The translations under genes were made by a program, and so were the position numbers. A stretch of DNA of 64,000 nt. Origin: the human T2T-CHM13v2.0 reference genome, Homo sapiens. The stretch is from assembly GCF_009914755.1 (NCBI RefSeq), contig NC_060946.1. One strand, written 5' to 3'. This document shows, one piece after another, positions 1-17,089 of this stretch; position 1 is the first letter of the stretch, and each line of letters starts with the position of its first letter. The notes below the pieces were generated by a model that saw only the letters and a program-made list of their open reading frames with translations, made no database searches and was not told the DNA's origin.

Positions 1-473
1 CTCCTCCTCGAGGGGTCTGATCCCCTGGGTGCCAGCCCGTGGCAGGCTGCAGTGCTCTAGTGGCCCATTGACAGGGAGGGCTGGGCATGGGAGCATCACA
101 GGACATCCAGGGGATGCCCGGAAGATGGAACATTCCTCCCGGTCCCCAGTATGAGCTGGGGTGGGTACCTGGGCCAGCGTGGGGACTCCTTTGCTTGCTG
201 GCACAAGGAGGCTAGAGTGACTGGGCCACTGTCATAATTTATGTTTCATGCAACCCTTACCATGACCCTGGTGATGGCGCTCCCCGCCTCCCACCCCGAC
301 AGACCCAGAACCTAAAGTTGTGAGCTTGGGAACACAACCACTCCAGGGGGATTACCAGGAATCCTGGGGAACGAAGCACCCCTGGGTCTCAGACCACTGC
401 ATTCACCCACGGAAGCAGCACTCATCACCCTGGAGCTTCAGGTACTTCTCTTGATGTCCTCATCTCCTAACAT

Positions 474-606
474 CCTTCCTCTTCCTCCCCCTCCCCTCCC
501 CTCCCCTCCCCCTCCCCTCCCTCCTTCCCCTCCCCCCTCCCCTCCCCCTCCCCTCCCCCTCCCCTCCCCCTCCCCCTCCTCCTCCTCCTTCTTCTTCTCC
601 TTCTTC

Positions 607-637
<31 letters not shown>

Positions 638-640
638 ATT
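474..640. repeat. Polypyrimidine (CCCCT)n/(CTT)n/(CTTTT)n tract at an Alu tail
   Basis: Directly visible. Confidence 0.9.
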
Positions 641-1950
641 TTCCAAGACAGAGTCTCACTCTGTCACCCAGGCTGGAGTGCAGCAGTGTGATCTTGGCTC
701 ACTGCAGCCTGCCTCTGCCTTCCAGGTTCAAGCAATTCTTGTGCCTCAGCCACCTGAGTAGCTGGATTCCAGGCATGCACTGACATACCCGGCTAATTTT
801 TTGTATTTTTAATAGAGATGGGGTTTCACCATGTTGCCCAGCCTGGTCTCGAACTCCTGACCTCAGGTGATCTGCCCATCTCAGCCTCCCAAAGTGCTGG
901 GATTACAGGAGTGAGCTACTGCACCAGGCCCTCATCTCTTAACTTCTAATCTTGCTCTGTCCAGGTCCCTGAACCAACCAGCTCAACTATTTGCTACTGC
1001 TAGTGGGTCTTGCAGGTTCTGCCTTTGCAGAGTGGATGGCACAGTGCTCACAGAAACTCTGCCGTTTGGGAGTCTTTGCCCTCATGCTCCACTGCCGTTC
1101 AGGGCTGCCTGAGTGAGCTGTGGGGCAGATGTCATAAGTGAGGCCACATGGGATGGCAGTCACCTGCTTTCACAGCTTACGTGTGTCCTCTGGACTTGCT
1201 GAGAGCTGATCCTCGTAATGCCACTTCTGTTGTGTGGATGGTTGGTACCTTGAGACCTGGTGGCTTGGCCAAGCACAGTGGCTCACGCCTGTAATCCCAG
1301 CACTTTGGGAGGCCGAGGCAGGAGGATTGCTTGAGCTCAGGAGTTGGAGACCAGCCTGGGCAACATAGCAAGACCTTGTCTCTACAATAAATAAAAAAAT
1401 CAGCTGGGCGTGGTGGCATGTGCTTGGGGTCCCAGCTACTCAGAAGGCTAAAGCGAGCGGATCGCCTGAAAGATCGCCTGAACGAGTTCGAGGCTGCAGT
1501 GAGCCGAGATCAAACCACTGCACTTCAGCCTGAGTAACAGAACAAGACCCTGTCTCAAAAAATAAAATAAATAAAGCCTGGCACGGTGGCTCATGCCTGT
1601 AATCCCAGCACTCTGGGAGGACAAGGTGGGTGGATTACCTGAGGTCAGGAGTACCAGACCAGCCTGGCCAACATGGTGAAACCCCGTCTCTACTAAAAAT
1701 ACAAAAATTAGCTGGGCGTGGTGGCAGGCATCTATAATCCGAGCTACTCGGGAGGCTGAGGCTGGAGAATCGCTTTAACCCAGGAGGCTAAGTTGCAGTG
1801 AGCCAAGATCACACCAGTGCACTCCAGCCTAGGTAACAGAGCGAGACTGTGTCTCAAAATAAAATAAAATAATAAAATAAAATAAATAAAAGACCCAGTG
1901 GGTGTCTCTGACAATACCCAGCTCTAATGAGCCTTCTGGTCACTCAGTAG

Positions 1951-2262
<312 letters not shown>

Positions 2263-2493
2263 TGAAACCTTTCTCTGCCAAGCGTTGGCCATGGCTCTGT
2301 CAGGTCACAGGGTCAGGCTCAGGGCTGCTGGTACCACAGCCTGGACCTGCAGCAAATCCCATACTGCCCTAGGCTCTACTAAAAGCTGGCATCCTCCATA
2401 TCACCCACAAATTTCTTGGGCAGTATTCCCAAGTTTTTTCCGCCTCCAAATCGCAAAGAAGCCTCACCCTGTTGTGTTCTTTCATAGTGGTGA

Positions 2494-3075
<582 letters not shown>

Positions 3076-3180
3076 TGACCTCCTTGGCTCAAGCCATCTT
3101 TCCATCTCAGCCTCTTGAGTAGCTGGGAACACAGCCAAATGCCACCATGCCTGGCTAATTGTAAAAAATATATATATACG

Positions 3181-3221
<41 letters not shown>

Positions 3222-4133
3222 TTGTAGAGACAAGGTCTTGCTGGCCTGGCACAGTGGCTCATGCCTGTAATCCCAGCACTTTGTGAGGCTGAGATGGGCG
3301 GATCACCTGAGGTCAGGAGTTCGAGAGCAGCCAAGCCAACATGGTGAAACCCCGTTTCTACTAAAAATACAAAAATTAGCTGGGCGTGGTGGTGTAGGCC
3401 TGTGTCCCAGCTACTAGGGAGTCAAAAAAAAAATTGAGACAAGGTCTGGCTATGTTGCCCAGGCTAGTCTCGAACTCCTGGGGTCAAGCAATCCTTCCAC
3501 TTCAGCCACCCACAGTGCTGAGATTACAGGTGTGAGCCATTGCGCCTGCCCGTTTTTTGCCTTTTTATTTTTAGAGACAAGGTCTCACTATATTGCCCAG
3601 ACTGGTCTCAATCTCCTGGGCTCAAGTGATCCTCCAGCCACAGGCTCCCGAATAGCTGGAAGTCCAGACGCTCACCAGCATGCCTGGCTTCAGCTGGCAT
3701 TTTAATAGGAGTTATATTGAATCTGTAGATTAGTTTTCAGAGCAATGCCATCTCAACAATATTTAACTCTTCCAAGCCATGAACATTAGATGTCTTCCAT
3801 TTATTTAGTGCTTTGATCTCTTTCAACAATGTTTTGTAGTTTTCAGAGTTTAAGTTTTCATTTTGTTTACATTTGTTCCCTAATATTTTGTTCTTTTTTT
3901 TTTTTTTTTTTTTTTTTGACAGAGTCTCACTCTGTTACCAGGCTGGAGTGCAGTGGTGTGATCTTGGCCCACTGCAATCTCCGCCTCCTGGGTTTGATTC
4001 CCCTGCCTCAGCCTCCCGAATAGCTGGCACTGTAGGCGTGCACCACCACACCCAGCTAATTTTTTTTTTTTTTTTTGTATTTTAGTAGAGATGGGGTTTC
4101 ACCATGTTGGCCAAGATGGTCTTGATCTCCTGA

Positions 4134-4445
<312 letters not shown>

Positions 4446-5465
4446 TAGTAGAGACGGGGTTTCGCTATGTTGGCCAAGCTTGTCTTGAACTCGTGATCTC
4501 AGGTGATCCACCTGCCTCGTTCTCCCAAAATGCTAGGATCATAGGCGTGAGCCACTGTGCCCAGCTTAGAGCTTTCAATACAATGTTGAATTGAAGTGGC
4601 GAGAGTGTACATCCTTGTGTTGTTCCTGATCTTAGAGGAAAATGATTCGGTCTTCACCATTGAGTGTGATGGTAGCTGAGGATTTTTCATAGGTGCCCTT
4701 TATCAAGTTGTGGAAGTGTCCTTCTTTTTTTTTTTTGACACAAAGTCTCACTCTGTCGCCCAGGCTGGAGTGTAGTGACGCAATCTCCTCTCACTGCAAC
4801 CTTGCAATCTCCGCCTCCCGGGTTCAAGCAGTTCTCCTGCCTCAGCATCCCGAGTAGCTGGGATTGCAGGTGCGTGCCATCAAGCCCGGCTAATTTTTGT
4901 ATTTTCAGTAGAGATGGGTTTTCACCATGTTAGTCAGGCTGGTCTTGAACTCCTGACCTCATGATCTTCCCACCTCGGCTTCCCAAAGTGCTAGGATTAT
5001 AGGCGTGAGCCACCGCGCCCAGCGTGTCCTTCTAGTTTTGGGATTAAACAACATGATCCACTGGTTTTTGCAGGAGCCAGATAATGTATTAAACTGGGAT
5101 TTGCTAAAGACCACATTGCAACCTCCTTTCAATCTTTATTTATTTATTTTTTGAGACAGGGTCTTGATCTGTCACTCAGGCTGGAGTGCAGTGGTGTGAT
5201 CAACACTCACTGCAACCTCACCATCCTGGGCCCTGGGATTCTCTTGCCTCGGCCTCCTGGGTAGCTGGCACTGCAGGCATGCACCATCGTGCTGGGCTAA
5301 ATTTTGTGTTTTTTTGTAGAGACAGGGTCTCACTATGTTGCCTAGGCTGGTCTCAAACTACTAGGCTCAAGCGAGCCCCCTGCCTCAGCCTCCCAAAGTA
5401 CTGGGATTACAAGGCATGACCAGCCACGCCCGGCCATCCTTTCAATTTTCAACTGAGACCTCTAA

Positions 5466-5729
<264 letters not shown>

Positions 5730-6603
5730 TGATCCGCCCGCCTCAGCCTCCCAAAGTGCTAGGATTACAGGCATGAGCCACCGCGCCCGGCCAGCACTGT
5801 TTTTTTTATCTTGGTAGGGGCAGTTCAGGAACTTTCATGTAGCCTTTATTGCAAAATAGGTCTCACTTTTGAGAACTGAAAGTAAAATCCTAAGCACTCC
5901 CACCAACTGAAAAGATCCCCCTTGACCAAAGGACCCCAGAGAAACCTTAAAAACTGAGTTAACAGCCATGACAGGACAGAAGGTCAGACATGCCTCGCTG
6001 TACCCTGTCCCTTTTGTGGTTTAGGCACAACTGACCAACATTAATGTTAAAATAGAGATCATAAGACTGACAGAAGAGACTCTGGCAAAACGATACCAAA
6101 TTATAAACAGGACCAAAGGCCATGCTAGGCAAGGATTAAGTCATGCACCCCTATACTTAAAGAAGAAACTATATTCTGTCACAGGTGGTTTTTTTTTCCT
6201 CTAACAGTTAAACAAGCACTAGCCTCAAGATAAACAATATTAAAACAATTACAACTCAACCACTGCCAGACACTCACTGACCCTCCTGTTGTACAAGCCA
6301 CAACTACAGCTTTGATAGGACATGAGACTGGATTTAGTAACTTTCTTCTGATAAAAAGACCATCCACCCTAGACTGGTTCTGGCTGGTTACAGAGGCTGC
6401 ACACTTGCGTGCCTTCACGTCCGTCCCTACTTCACCTTCTGACGTGTAGGGCCTAATTGTAATGCATTTAAATGTGAAGTCTCCGCCCCAAAGTAAACAT
6501 GGCTGCATGGGACATGCGTATTTGCTTCTCACATATGCACATGTTCCCCCTTCATGAATATTCACAGCTCCTCCTAGATCCTGTTAAATATGTATACTTG
6601 GCT

Positions 6604-6890
6604 GGCCTGGTGCGGTGGCTCACGCCTGTAATCCCAGCACTTTGGGAGGCTGAGGCAGGTGGATCATGAGGTCAGGAGATCAAGACCATCCTGGCTAACA
6701 CGGTGAAACCCTATCTCTACTAAAAATACAAAAAAATTAGCTGGGCGTGGTGGCGGGCACCTGTAGTCCCAGCTACTCAGGAGACCGAGGCAGGAGAATG
6801 GTGTGAATCTGGGAGGTGGAGCTTGCATTGAGCCAAGATCGTGCCACTGGACTGCAGCCTGGGAGACAAAGTGAGACTCCATCTCAAAAA

Positions 6891-6935
<45 letters not shown>

Positions 6936-7122
6936 CATATATATATACGTACACATATATATACACATATATATACGTACACATATATATACACACATAT
7001 ATATATACACATATATACACACATATATATATACACATATATATACACATATATATACACATATATACACATATATATACACATATATACACATATATAC
7101 ACATATATATACACATATATAT
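6604..7122 (+). mobile_element. AluY-like element whose tail has become a compound (TA/CA) microsatellite
   Basis: 16-bp target-site duplication ATATGTATACTTGGCT at 6588-6603 and 7123-7138. Confidence 0.9.
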
Positions 7123-7126
7123 ATAT
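6890..7126. repeat. Compound (TA)n(CA)n / (TATATACACA)n microsatellite
   Basis: Directly visible. Confidence 0.95.
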
Positions 7127-8199
7127 GTATACTTGGCTCTCCTATTCAGCATAAATTCCTGTTTCACCGCTCTCATCCTAAACATGCCTGTCTTTTGATC
7201 TCTGCGAGAGGCTACACTTCCCAGCCTGGCCGCCTTGCAGGCTATAACCCTTTATAAGAAATAAAGTTGGCAGAGCACAGGGCTCATGCCTGTAACCCCA
7301 TAGTCCCAGCACTTTGGAAGGCTGAGGTGGGAGGATCACTTGAGGCCAGGAGTTGGAGACCAGTCTGGGCAACATAGTGAGACCCCATCTCTACAAAAAA
7401 TAAAAAAATTAGCAGGTATGGTAGCGTGCACCTGTGGCCTCAGCTACTTGGGAAGCTGAGAGGGGAGGATCTCTTGAGCCCCAGAATTTGAGACTGCAGT
7501 GAGCTATGATTGTGCCACTGCTCTGCAGCCTGGGTGACAGAGTGAGACTGTCTCTAGAGAAAAGAAAAGAAATAAAGTCTCCTTTCTAAATTTATAAATT
7601 GTGTGATTTTTCAGTTGGCACTCTACAGGTTAGAAATCACTGTGAAAGTTCTGCCAAATACTAAATATGTCTATTCCAATTATGCATTCAGAAACTGCAG
7701 AAATAACCTGTGAGTAGCTCATGAATTGCTGGGCCCACTGTGGGATGGAATTGGGCCAGGACTTTGCGTACTGCCCGGCTGTCTGTGCTCCTGCTCTAGC
7801 AGGGAGGCCATGAGGGCACTTTGGGTCCCAGGAATCAGTGCTGACTTGGAGCCAGTATCCAACAGCACTAAAAAGATCTGGGTTTTCCCTTTCCCCAGCG
7901 CACAGCTACCTGAGTAAGCGGAAACAGGCCCCTTCGTGAAAGGATGAGGGGAATCACTACTAGAAGTACCTTTCATGGTGTTCCTGGCTCCTTCCTCATG
8001 GGAAGGAGACTTCAGCAGAGGAGGTCTGGGCCTGAGAACTGGCTGGACACTGGGCGACACTGAGACATTTCAGTGGGCAGGTGACCTGACCTCAGCCTTT
8101 TGCCCTTCTATTATTTTTACTTATGTTTTTAAATGTAAAATAAAGACAGCATAGCATTTACCATTTTAACCTTTTTGTTTGTTTGTTTGTTTTTGGTAG

Positions 8200-8316
<117 letters not shown>

Positions 8317-9171
8317 TAGGCATCCACCATGTGTACCTAATTTTTGTATATTTGTAGAGACTGGGTCTCACTTATTTGCCCAGATTCATTTTAACCTTTT
8401 CTACGTGTGCAATACAAGTGTGCATTAAGGATATCCACAAGGCTGTGTAACCCTCTCCGCGACCATTCCCAGAGCTTTCCTAATCAGAAAACTGTAACCA
8501 TTGCACAGTAATTGCCCTTCCCTGAACTCCCAGCCCCCGGCGAGCGGGGCTTATGGCTGAATAACACTGCACTGCATGTGCAGACTACATTTTGTTTATC
8601 CACTTATCCCTCCAGGGTCCTTGGGTTGTTTCCACCCTCTGGCTGCTGTGAATAGCGCTGCTGTGAACATGGGTGTAAAGCGCTTGCTTCAGTTCCTGCA
8701 TTCAGCCCTTCTGGGTATATACTGAGGAGAGGAATTGCTGGGGCGCATGGTAATTCTATGTTTAGGGTTTTGAGGATCCACTGAACTTTTCCACAGCTGC
8801 ATCTTACATTCCCACCAGGTTCCCATAAAAGTTCTACTTTATCCACGTCCTCAACAACATTTGTTATTTTCTGGTTTTAAAATGTATAGACATCCTAGTG
8901 GGGATGAAGTATTTTTCTCATTCTGACTTTTTTTTTTTTTTTTTTTTTTTGAGATGGAGTCTTGCTCTGTCACCCAGGCTGGAGTGAAAGTGGTGCGATC
9001 TTGGCTCATCGCAACCTCCATCTCCTGGTTCAAGTGATTCTCGTGCCTCAGCCTCCTGAGTAGCTGGGATTACAGGCGCCCGCCACTACACTCAGCAAAT
9101 TTTTGTATTTTTAATAGAGATGGGTTTCGCTAGGTTGGCCAGGCTGGTCTCGAACTCCTGGCCTCAAGTGA

Positions 9172-9678
<507 letters not shown>

Positions 9679-10170
9679 TGAAATCCTAGGCTCAGGTGAT
9701 TGCGTGAGCCACCATGCCCAGCCAGTTGTTTGTTGTTGTTGTTGTGTTGACTTACATTATTTTTTCCAATATTTCATCATGAAAATTTTGATGAAATTTT
9801 CATCAAAATATTCAGATAATTTGAAGGGATATTCACTGTCTAGATTATTCAATTATTAGTATTTTGCTATAGTTGATTTATCACTATGTATGCATTCGTC
9901 TTTTATTTTTACAAATGGGGTCTTGGTATGTTGCCCAGGCTTGTCTTGAACTCCTGGACTCAAGTGATCTTCCCGCCTCAGCCTCCCAAATTGCTGAGAT
10001 TATAGGCGGGAGCCACAGCAGCAGGCCAGGATTGTTTTTTATTAATTTTCCAGTGGCCTGCCAATGGTATATATAAATCCAGTCCATGTTTGTGTAGTCA
10101 TCTGGTAACTGTTTTAGCATCCCAGCACACAGTCAAGAAAAATAAACTTTAAAAATAACTAAAATAACTA

Positions 10171-10464
<294 letters not shown>

Positions 10465-11371
10465 TCAAATAAATAAATAAAATAACTAAATGGAAATTCT
10501 AGAACTGAAAAATGCAACATGAGAAATAAAAAATTCCCTAAATAGGCTTAACAGCAGAAGAAAGATAACAGTATAACAGAAGAGTCAGTTTGAGACTAGC
10601 CGGATAATAGAAATTATCCAATCTGGGGTGGGATGGTGGCTCGCACTTGTAATCTCAGCACTTTGGGAAGCCAAGGCAAGCAGGTCACTTGAGCTCAGGA
10701 GTTAGAGACCAGCCTGGGCAACATGGCAAAACCCCACTTGAATTTCTACGAAAAATACAAAAGTTAGCCGGGCATGGTGGCACATGCCTGTAGTGCCAGA
10801 TACTCGGAGGTGGAGGCGGGAGGATTGCTTGAGCCCAGGAGGTTGAGGATACAGTGAGCCAAGATCACACCACTGCACTCCAACCTGGGTGACAGAGCGA
10901 GACTCCATCTTAAAAAAAAAAAAAATCCTGGCACTTTGGGAGGCTGAGGAGGGCAGATCGCTTGAGCCCAGGAGTTCAAGACCAGCCTGGGCAACATAGA
11001 GAGACCCCCATCTCTATAAAAAATACAAAAAATTAGCCAGGGGTGGTGGTGCACACCTGGAGTCCCAGCTACTCAGGAAGCTGAGGTGGGAGGATCACCT
11101 GAGCCTGGGGAGGTCAAGACTGCATTGAGCCATGATCCTGCCACTGCACTCCAGCCTGGGTGACAGAGCAAGACTCCATCTCAAAAAAAAAAAAAGCAAG
11201 TAAAAGAAGATTTTTTTTGTATAGAGTCAATAATATATAAAAAGGCAAAAATAGGCCGGGTGTGGTGGCTCACGCTGTAATCCCAGCACTTTGGGAGGCC
11301 AAGGTGGGCAAATCACGAGGTCAGGAGATCGAGACCATCCTGGCTAACACGGTGAAACCCCGTCTCTACTA

Positions 11372-11599
<228 letters not shown>

Positions 11600-11990
11600 T
11601 TAATAAACTAAACTGAATCAGAAAAAAGGAACACTAATTACTAATATCAGGACTGAGGGAAGGGATGTAACTATAGATTCTGCAGAATTTAAAAGAATAA
11701 TAAGGGAATATAATGAACAACTTTATTAATAATCTATAGTTAACCTGCAGTTAATATCATACTTTCTGGCAAAACGTTGGTTATTTTCTCCCTAAAATTA
11801 AGAGTAAAGTAAGGATATCCATGACACTTCTATTCAACGTTGTCCTGGAGGTTTTAGTCAGTGCAATAAAGCAAGAAAAATATAGAAAAGGTATAAAGGG
11901 CTTGGCATGGTGGCTCATGCCTATAATCCCAGCATTTTGGGAGGCCGAGGCTGGAGGATCACTTGAGGCCAGGAGTTTGAAAACAGCCTA

Positions 11991-12359
<369 letters not shown>

Positions 12360-13249
12360 TAATCCCAGCTACTTGGGAGGCTGAGGCAGAATTGCTTGAA
12401 ACCAGAAGGCAGAGGTTGCAGTGAGCCTAGATTGCAACACTGCAGTGTAGCCTGGGCAATGAGAGCAAAACTCTGTCTCAAAAAAAAAAAAAAACTCTCA
12501 AAATAAAAAACCTAAGTGCGCAAGGCCATCCACTCAGATACACCGCCCCACACATCAGCGTCCCACCCCTTCACTATCAGGCTGTCACTTTGCTGTGAGA
12601 GCCTTGTTTAGGTTGAGATCCCCTGCTTCTCCTGGAGTTCGGCTGTGCTCCACTAACCCCCGGGGCCTCATCTTCATTTCTGTCCACCCGCCGGCCAGTC
12701 TCTGCATGTGCCAGCTGGGCTCTGATGCGGGGCACTCTGCTTCATGCTGTTGATCGGTGTGTCTGGATCTGTCATGTTCTCTCCTCAAGGAATCAACAGT
12801 GCTTAGCAACAGCCTCTCAGTCCCATGGCTCTTGGAGTTCCTCCCCACCTCTCAGGTGCCCAGGGCACTGCACCAGTGACACTGCCTCCAAATGTCTCCC
12901 ATCCCAGTTCCCCCTGGTGACAGTTCTTACTGTCACACTGCGACCCAGGCCGGGGGCTGTCAGTTCTCCACCTGACACCTTGGCATCTACGAGGATGGAA
13001 CACCACAAAATGCTGGAAACACGAGACGAGTGACAGCTCCTCGTTGCCACCCTGCCGGCGCAGGAGCCAATTTCAGAGTGCTGTCCTTCAGGTGGGCTTC
13101 CCAGGGCCACCCACCAGACACCCACTGTTGAGGTCGAGTTCCCTAGAAGCAAAGCCTGAAGCAAGGATTCTTGTTCTCGGGCTGTTGCTGAGCGTGTGCC
13201 CAGGAGAGTGAGGAAGTCTGTGCTGCCTTCCGGTGGTGCTGAGCCCTGA

Positions 13250-13830
<581 letters not shown>

Positions 13831-14353
13831 CTAGAGGGACTCCCCATCCTGATTTGCCTGTGACTTTCCCAGGTTTTGGTGCTGACAGCCCTGCTTTCCG
13901 GGAAATTCCTTAGTCTTGGGAAAACTGAGATGCCTGGTCACCGTGGAAGTAGGACAGGGCTGGGTGGTAGAGTGCAGACTGCTGAGCAGAAAGCTGTCTC
14001 TGTTACAGGTCAGTTTTCATCATTCCACATGGAACCGCTGTGGCAGACACTGAGAACTTCACAGATCTGAACCACCTTTCAGCAAAGCAGGGATGCCCAG
14101 GTATCAGCCATTGTCAGGGTTCTGCCTCTGGGTCTGGAGGGCTGCTGTGTGGGTGGCTCTCATTCCCCAGGACAATTCTCCAAGACCAAGGTGGCCATGA
14201 GCCACCAGGAGGCAACAGTCAGCAGCTGGGGACCAGTAGGCTGACCCCTAAAGGGGATCTGAATAGAGCCATCTATGCACACCCATCCCCTTGTCTTCCC
14301 AGTAAATGGCCCGCGGCCCCACCTACTCACCTGGGTAAACACACACCTCGACT

Positions 14354-14476
14354 CCTGTGCACCTTGGTAAACACACACCTGTCCGTCCAGGTAAATGCCC
14401 CACTCACTCACCTGTGCACCTTGGTAAACACACACCTGTCCGTCCAGGTAGATGCCCCACTCACTCACCTGTGCAG
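14354..14476. repeat. 57-bp tandem duplication (2 copies plus partials)
   Basis: Units start at 14354, 14411 and 14468. Confidence 0.9.
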
Positions 14477-15379
14477 CGCTCACCTGACTCTAGAGCTGCT
14501 CAAGGCTCAGCTGGTGGGCAATGCTTAGCACTCCCCACTCCCACCTCGGATCTCATCGTCCACCTCCAGCTCCATCTGGTATTGCCCACGCCTGTCCCTC
14601 TGCACTGCCTCCACCTTGGCGCCAGTCGTAGATGTCTGCCACCGGCACCCCCACAGTGGCTGGCTTTTGAACCCACTCCCAGCAACTTTTCTCTCCTGTC
14701 CTCCTCCCCAAAGTGAGCCTCCCCGAGAGGCGTCAATGCTTGCCACAAACAGAAGTCCCATCATGGCACCCTCACTTCAGATGCCCGGAGTGAGTGGTCC
14801 TCAGTCCCTGGAAGCCCTGGACTCTGCCACCTCTCCCATCTGTCCCCTCCCTCCTCACTCTCAGCTGCCCAGGTCCCTGGTCAGCTCCTTCAATGCATCC
14901 ACCCTGGCTCCTTGACGCCCTATCCTGGGGCTCCTGGCACCTCTGCAAGGGGGCCTTCCCTGCTGTCCCCACCTGCACCTCTCTAGACAATCCCAGTGCT
15001 CCCGGCTGCCACCATTTCTTTCCCCGACTAAAGAACAGACCTGACTGTTTCCAGGACTGGATGAAACTGAGGCAGATGAAGAGGGCAGGGATCTGGAGGG
15101 GCTGGGGGAGAATTAGAGGCCACAGAGGAATGGAGCTTTGGGTGGGCACGGACAGACCACTGGATTTGGACAGTCAGGGCCGGGACGCAGGAGCAGCTAG
15201 GGCCCAGGGAGCCGGGGGTTAGGTCCCTCAGATCCCGCACATGCAAAAGTGAGGCTGAGGTAGGGGGGTGGTCCCTCGGCATGTGAGCCCAGGGGGTTCC
15301 CGAGCCAAGTGGCAGCCGGAACAGTGGGGAGGGACAGCCAAGGAGGTGGGGAGGGGTCGCTGGCCCCGCTCAGGGCTGG

Positions 15380-15860
15380 TTGGGGTGGAGGAAGCCCGGG
15401 CCCAGGCCGCCCCCCGCTGGGTCGAGGCCACCCCGCCTCGAGGGCGCGGCCGTCCGGATCTCCTGATTGCTTTCTTTCATCTCTGTTCCTTTCTCAGCCA
15501 CAAACGCCCGCTAATGCCTCTTTTATCACGGAATTAGGGGATTTAGGGCCGGTCGCACAAAGGGGCCCTCGATAGCGGCCATAATCAAACCCCAATCGGC
15601 CGACCTTGGACGGGCCGGGGAAGAAAGGAGCGCCGGGGATTAGCGCGGTACCGCGGCCGGGCAGGCAGAGATAGCATCGGCGCCGCTGCGGGGCTGAAGC
15701 CGCGGAGGGCTCGGCCGCGCTCGGAGAAAGGACGGCTTAGCTCCTGGAGCCGGGGATTCTGAAGCCATTAGGTGGGGATTAACACCCAAGTTAATCTGCT
15801 TTGGTCGCTCAATTGTCAGCAGCGAACGCGCGGGACTGAGGAAGCCTGGCTCCCAGCGAC
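15380..15860. promoter_or_regulatory. Small CpG-rich non-repeat element with clustered homeodomain sites (candidate enhancer)
   Basis: GGGATTA at 15636 and 15775, GGCTTA 15734, TAATCT 15792, and further TAAT cores in GC-rich context. Confidence 0.5.
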
Positions 15861-17089
15861 CACAGGGCCTTGCCACCCAGCAGTCCAGAGCTACGAGCTG
15901 GTATCAGTTTCCCCAGCTGTCACCCGGCCAAGGCGGGCCTTGGAGCCAAAAGGGAGATGCACACCTTGGTGGGCTGGCCAACGGGTCTGGATGAGTGGAC
16001 CCCCTGCCCCGCCAGCCTTCCTGGGTAATCAGGGAACTCAGAGAAGGATGTTCCTGCCCCATCCTGACCCAGACCACTTGTGGACCCTGACAGCCAGTGC
16101 AGCCCTGGGTGCCACCCACACACTGAGCTTGGGTTGCACGGCAACATGCATGACACACCTGTCCCCATCAAGCAGGGTCAGGGGGCAGCCTGCAGACTGG
16201 GTGGACGCTGACAGCAGCTAGCAGCCCCCTTGCAGACGCTCCATCTTCCCTTTGGGGTCCCTGTCCAGGTATAGCCCCCTAAAGACCTCTGTTGACCAAC
16301 TCACTGACAGGGCAGATGTGACACCACCTGCTCTCAATTCATCCTCACTCTTCATCTTCAGTCCTCTCTCACTAGGCGGCAGAGGGAGGGACTGGACCTA
16401 TACAGGTCCCAGGTAGGTCCTTTGTCTCTGTCTGGGTTTTCCTATCTGAGGAATGGAGCCGGCTAAGGAAAGGCCCAACCAGAATGTGCCAGTGTCGTGT
16501 GTGGCCTGTGCTCACTGCTATCTTCTGTGGGGACGCAACCCCAACCCTGACTCCTTCTCCTGTTCCTGCCAGCAGGCCCCCAGAGTAGGTGGCTCAGAGG
16601 GGTGTGCTTACACCTGCCTCCTCCTCCATGGAGATGTGGCAAGGTCACTGTGCCTTACATGAGCCTACAGGCAGCAACAAGTGGCTGGACTGGAGCTGAC
16701 CAGGCAGGCAGGATGGGGTGGGCAGTAGCAGAGGAGAGGCCAGTGGAGCGCTCTGGGTCCCCATCTTCTTTCCCATGGCTGAGACTAGGGACATTGGAAC
16801 AAAAAGTCCCAAGTGGAGGAAAAGACGCAGTCATAAGTACATTTGTCTTTCCTTCCCTCTCATCTCCCTTCCTCCCTTTCTTCCTTCAGCAGTGACCAAC
16901 GATTCTCCCATCCAGGCCCTGTGGAGGGGACACAGGCGTGAGCCACAGACCCAGGCTCTGCCCTCTGGGAGCTTGGGTCCGAGGACACAGTTAGACAACC
17001 GGATGGGAGGGCGCCCTTCGGGAAGGGGAAACAGGCACCCCACATGCACACGGGCCAGGCAGGGCCTGAAGGGCAGTGTGAATTACAGG

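Larger units (their letters stand above)
5877..7620 (+). mobile_element. ERV1 (MER4-group-like) solo LTR interrupted by two Alus
   Basis: LTR-like sequence starting TGAAAGTAAAATCCTAAG with AATAAA near the 3' end; sequence resumes after the Alus at 6604-7122 and ~7268-7570. Confidence 0.6.

Noticed and set aside
6664-7257. YICVY/THIY-repeat ORFs
   Set aside because: Translation of a TA/CA microsatellite.
7719-8060. ORF with an aspartic-protease DTG motif as a functional or domesticated gene
   Set aside because: The ERVL protease homology shifts frame shortly after the motif. It is a decayed relic.
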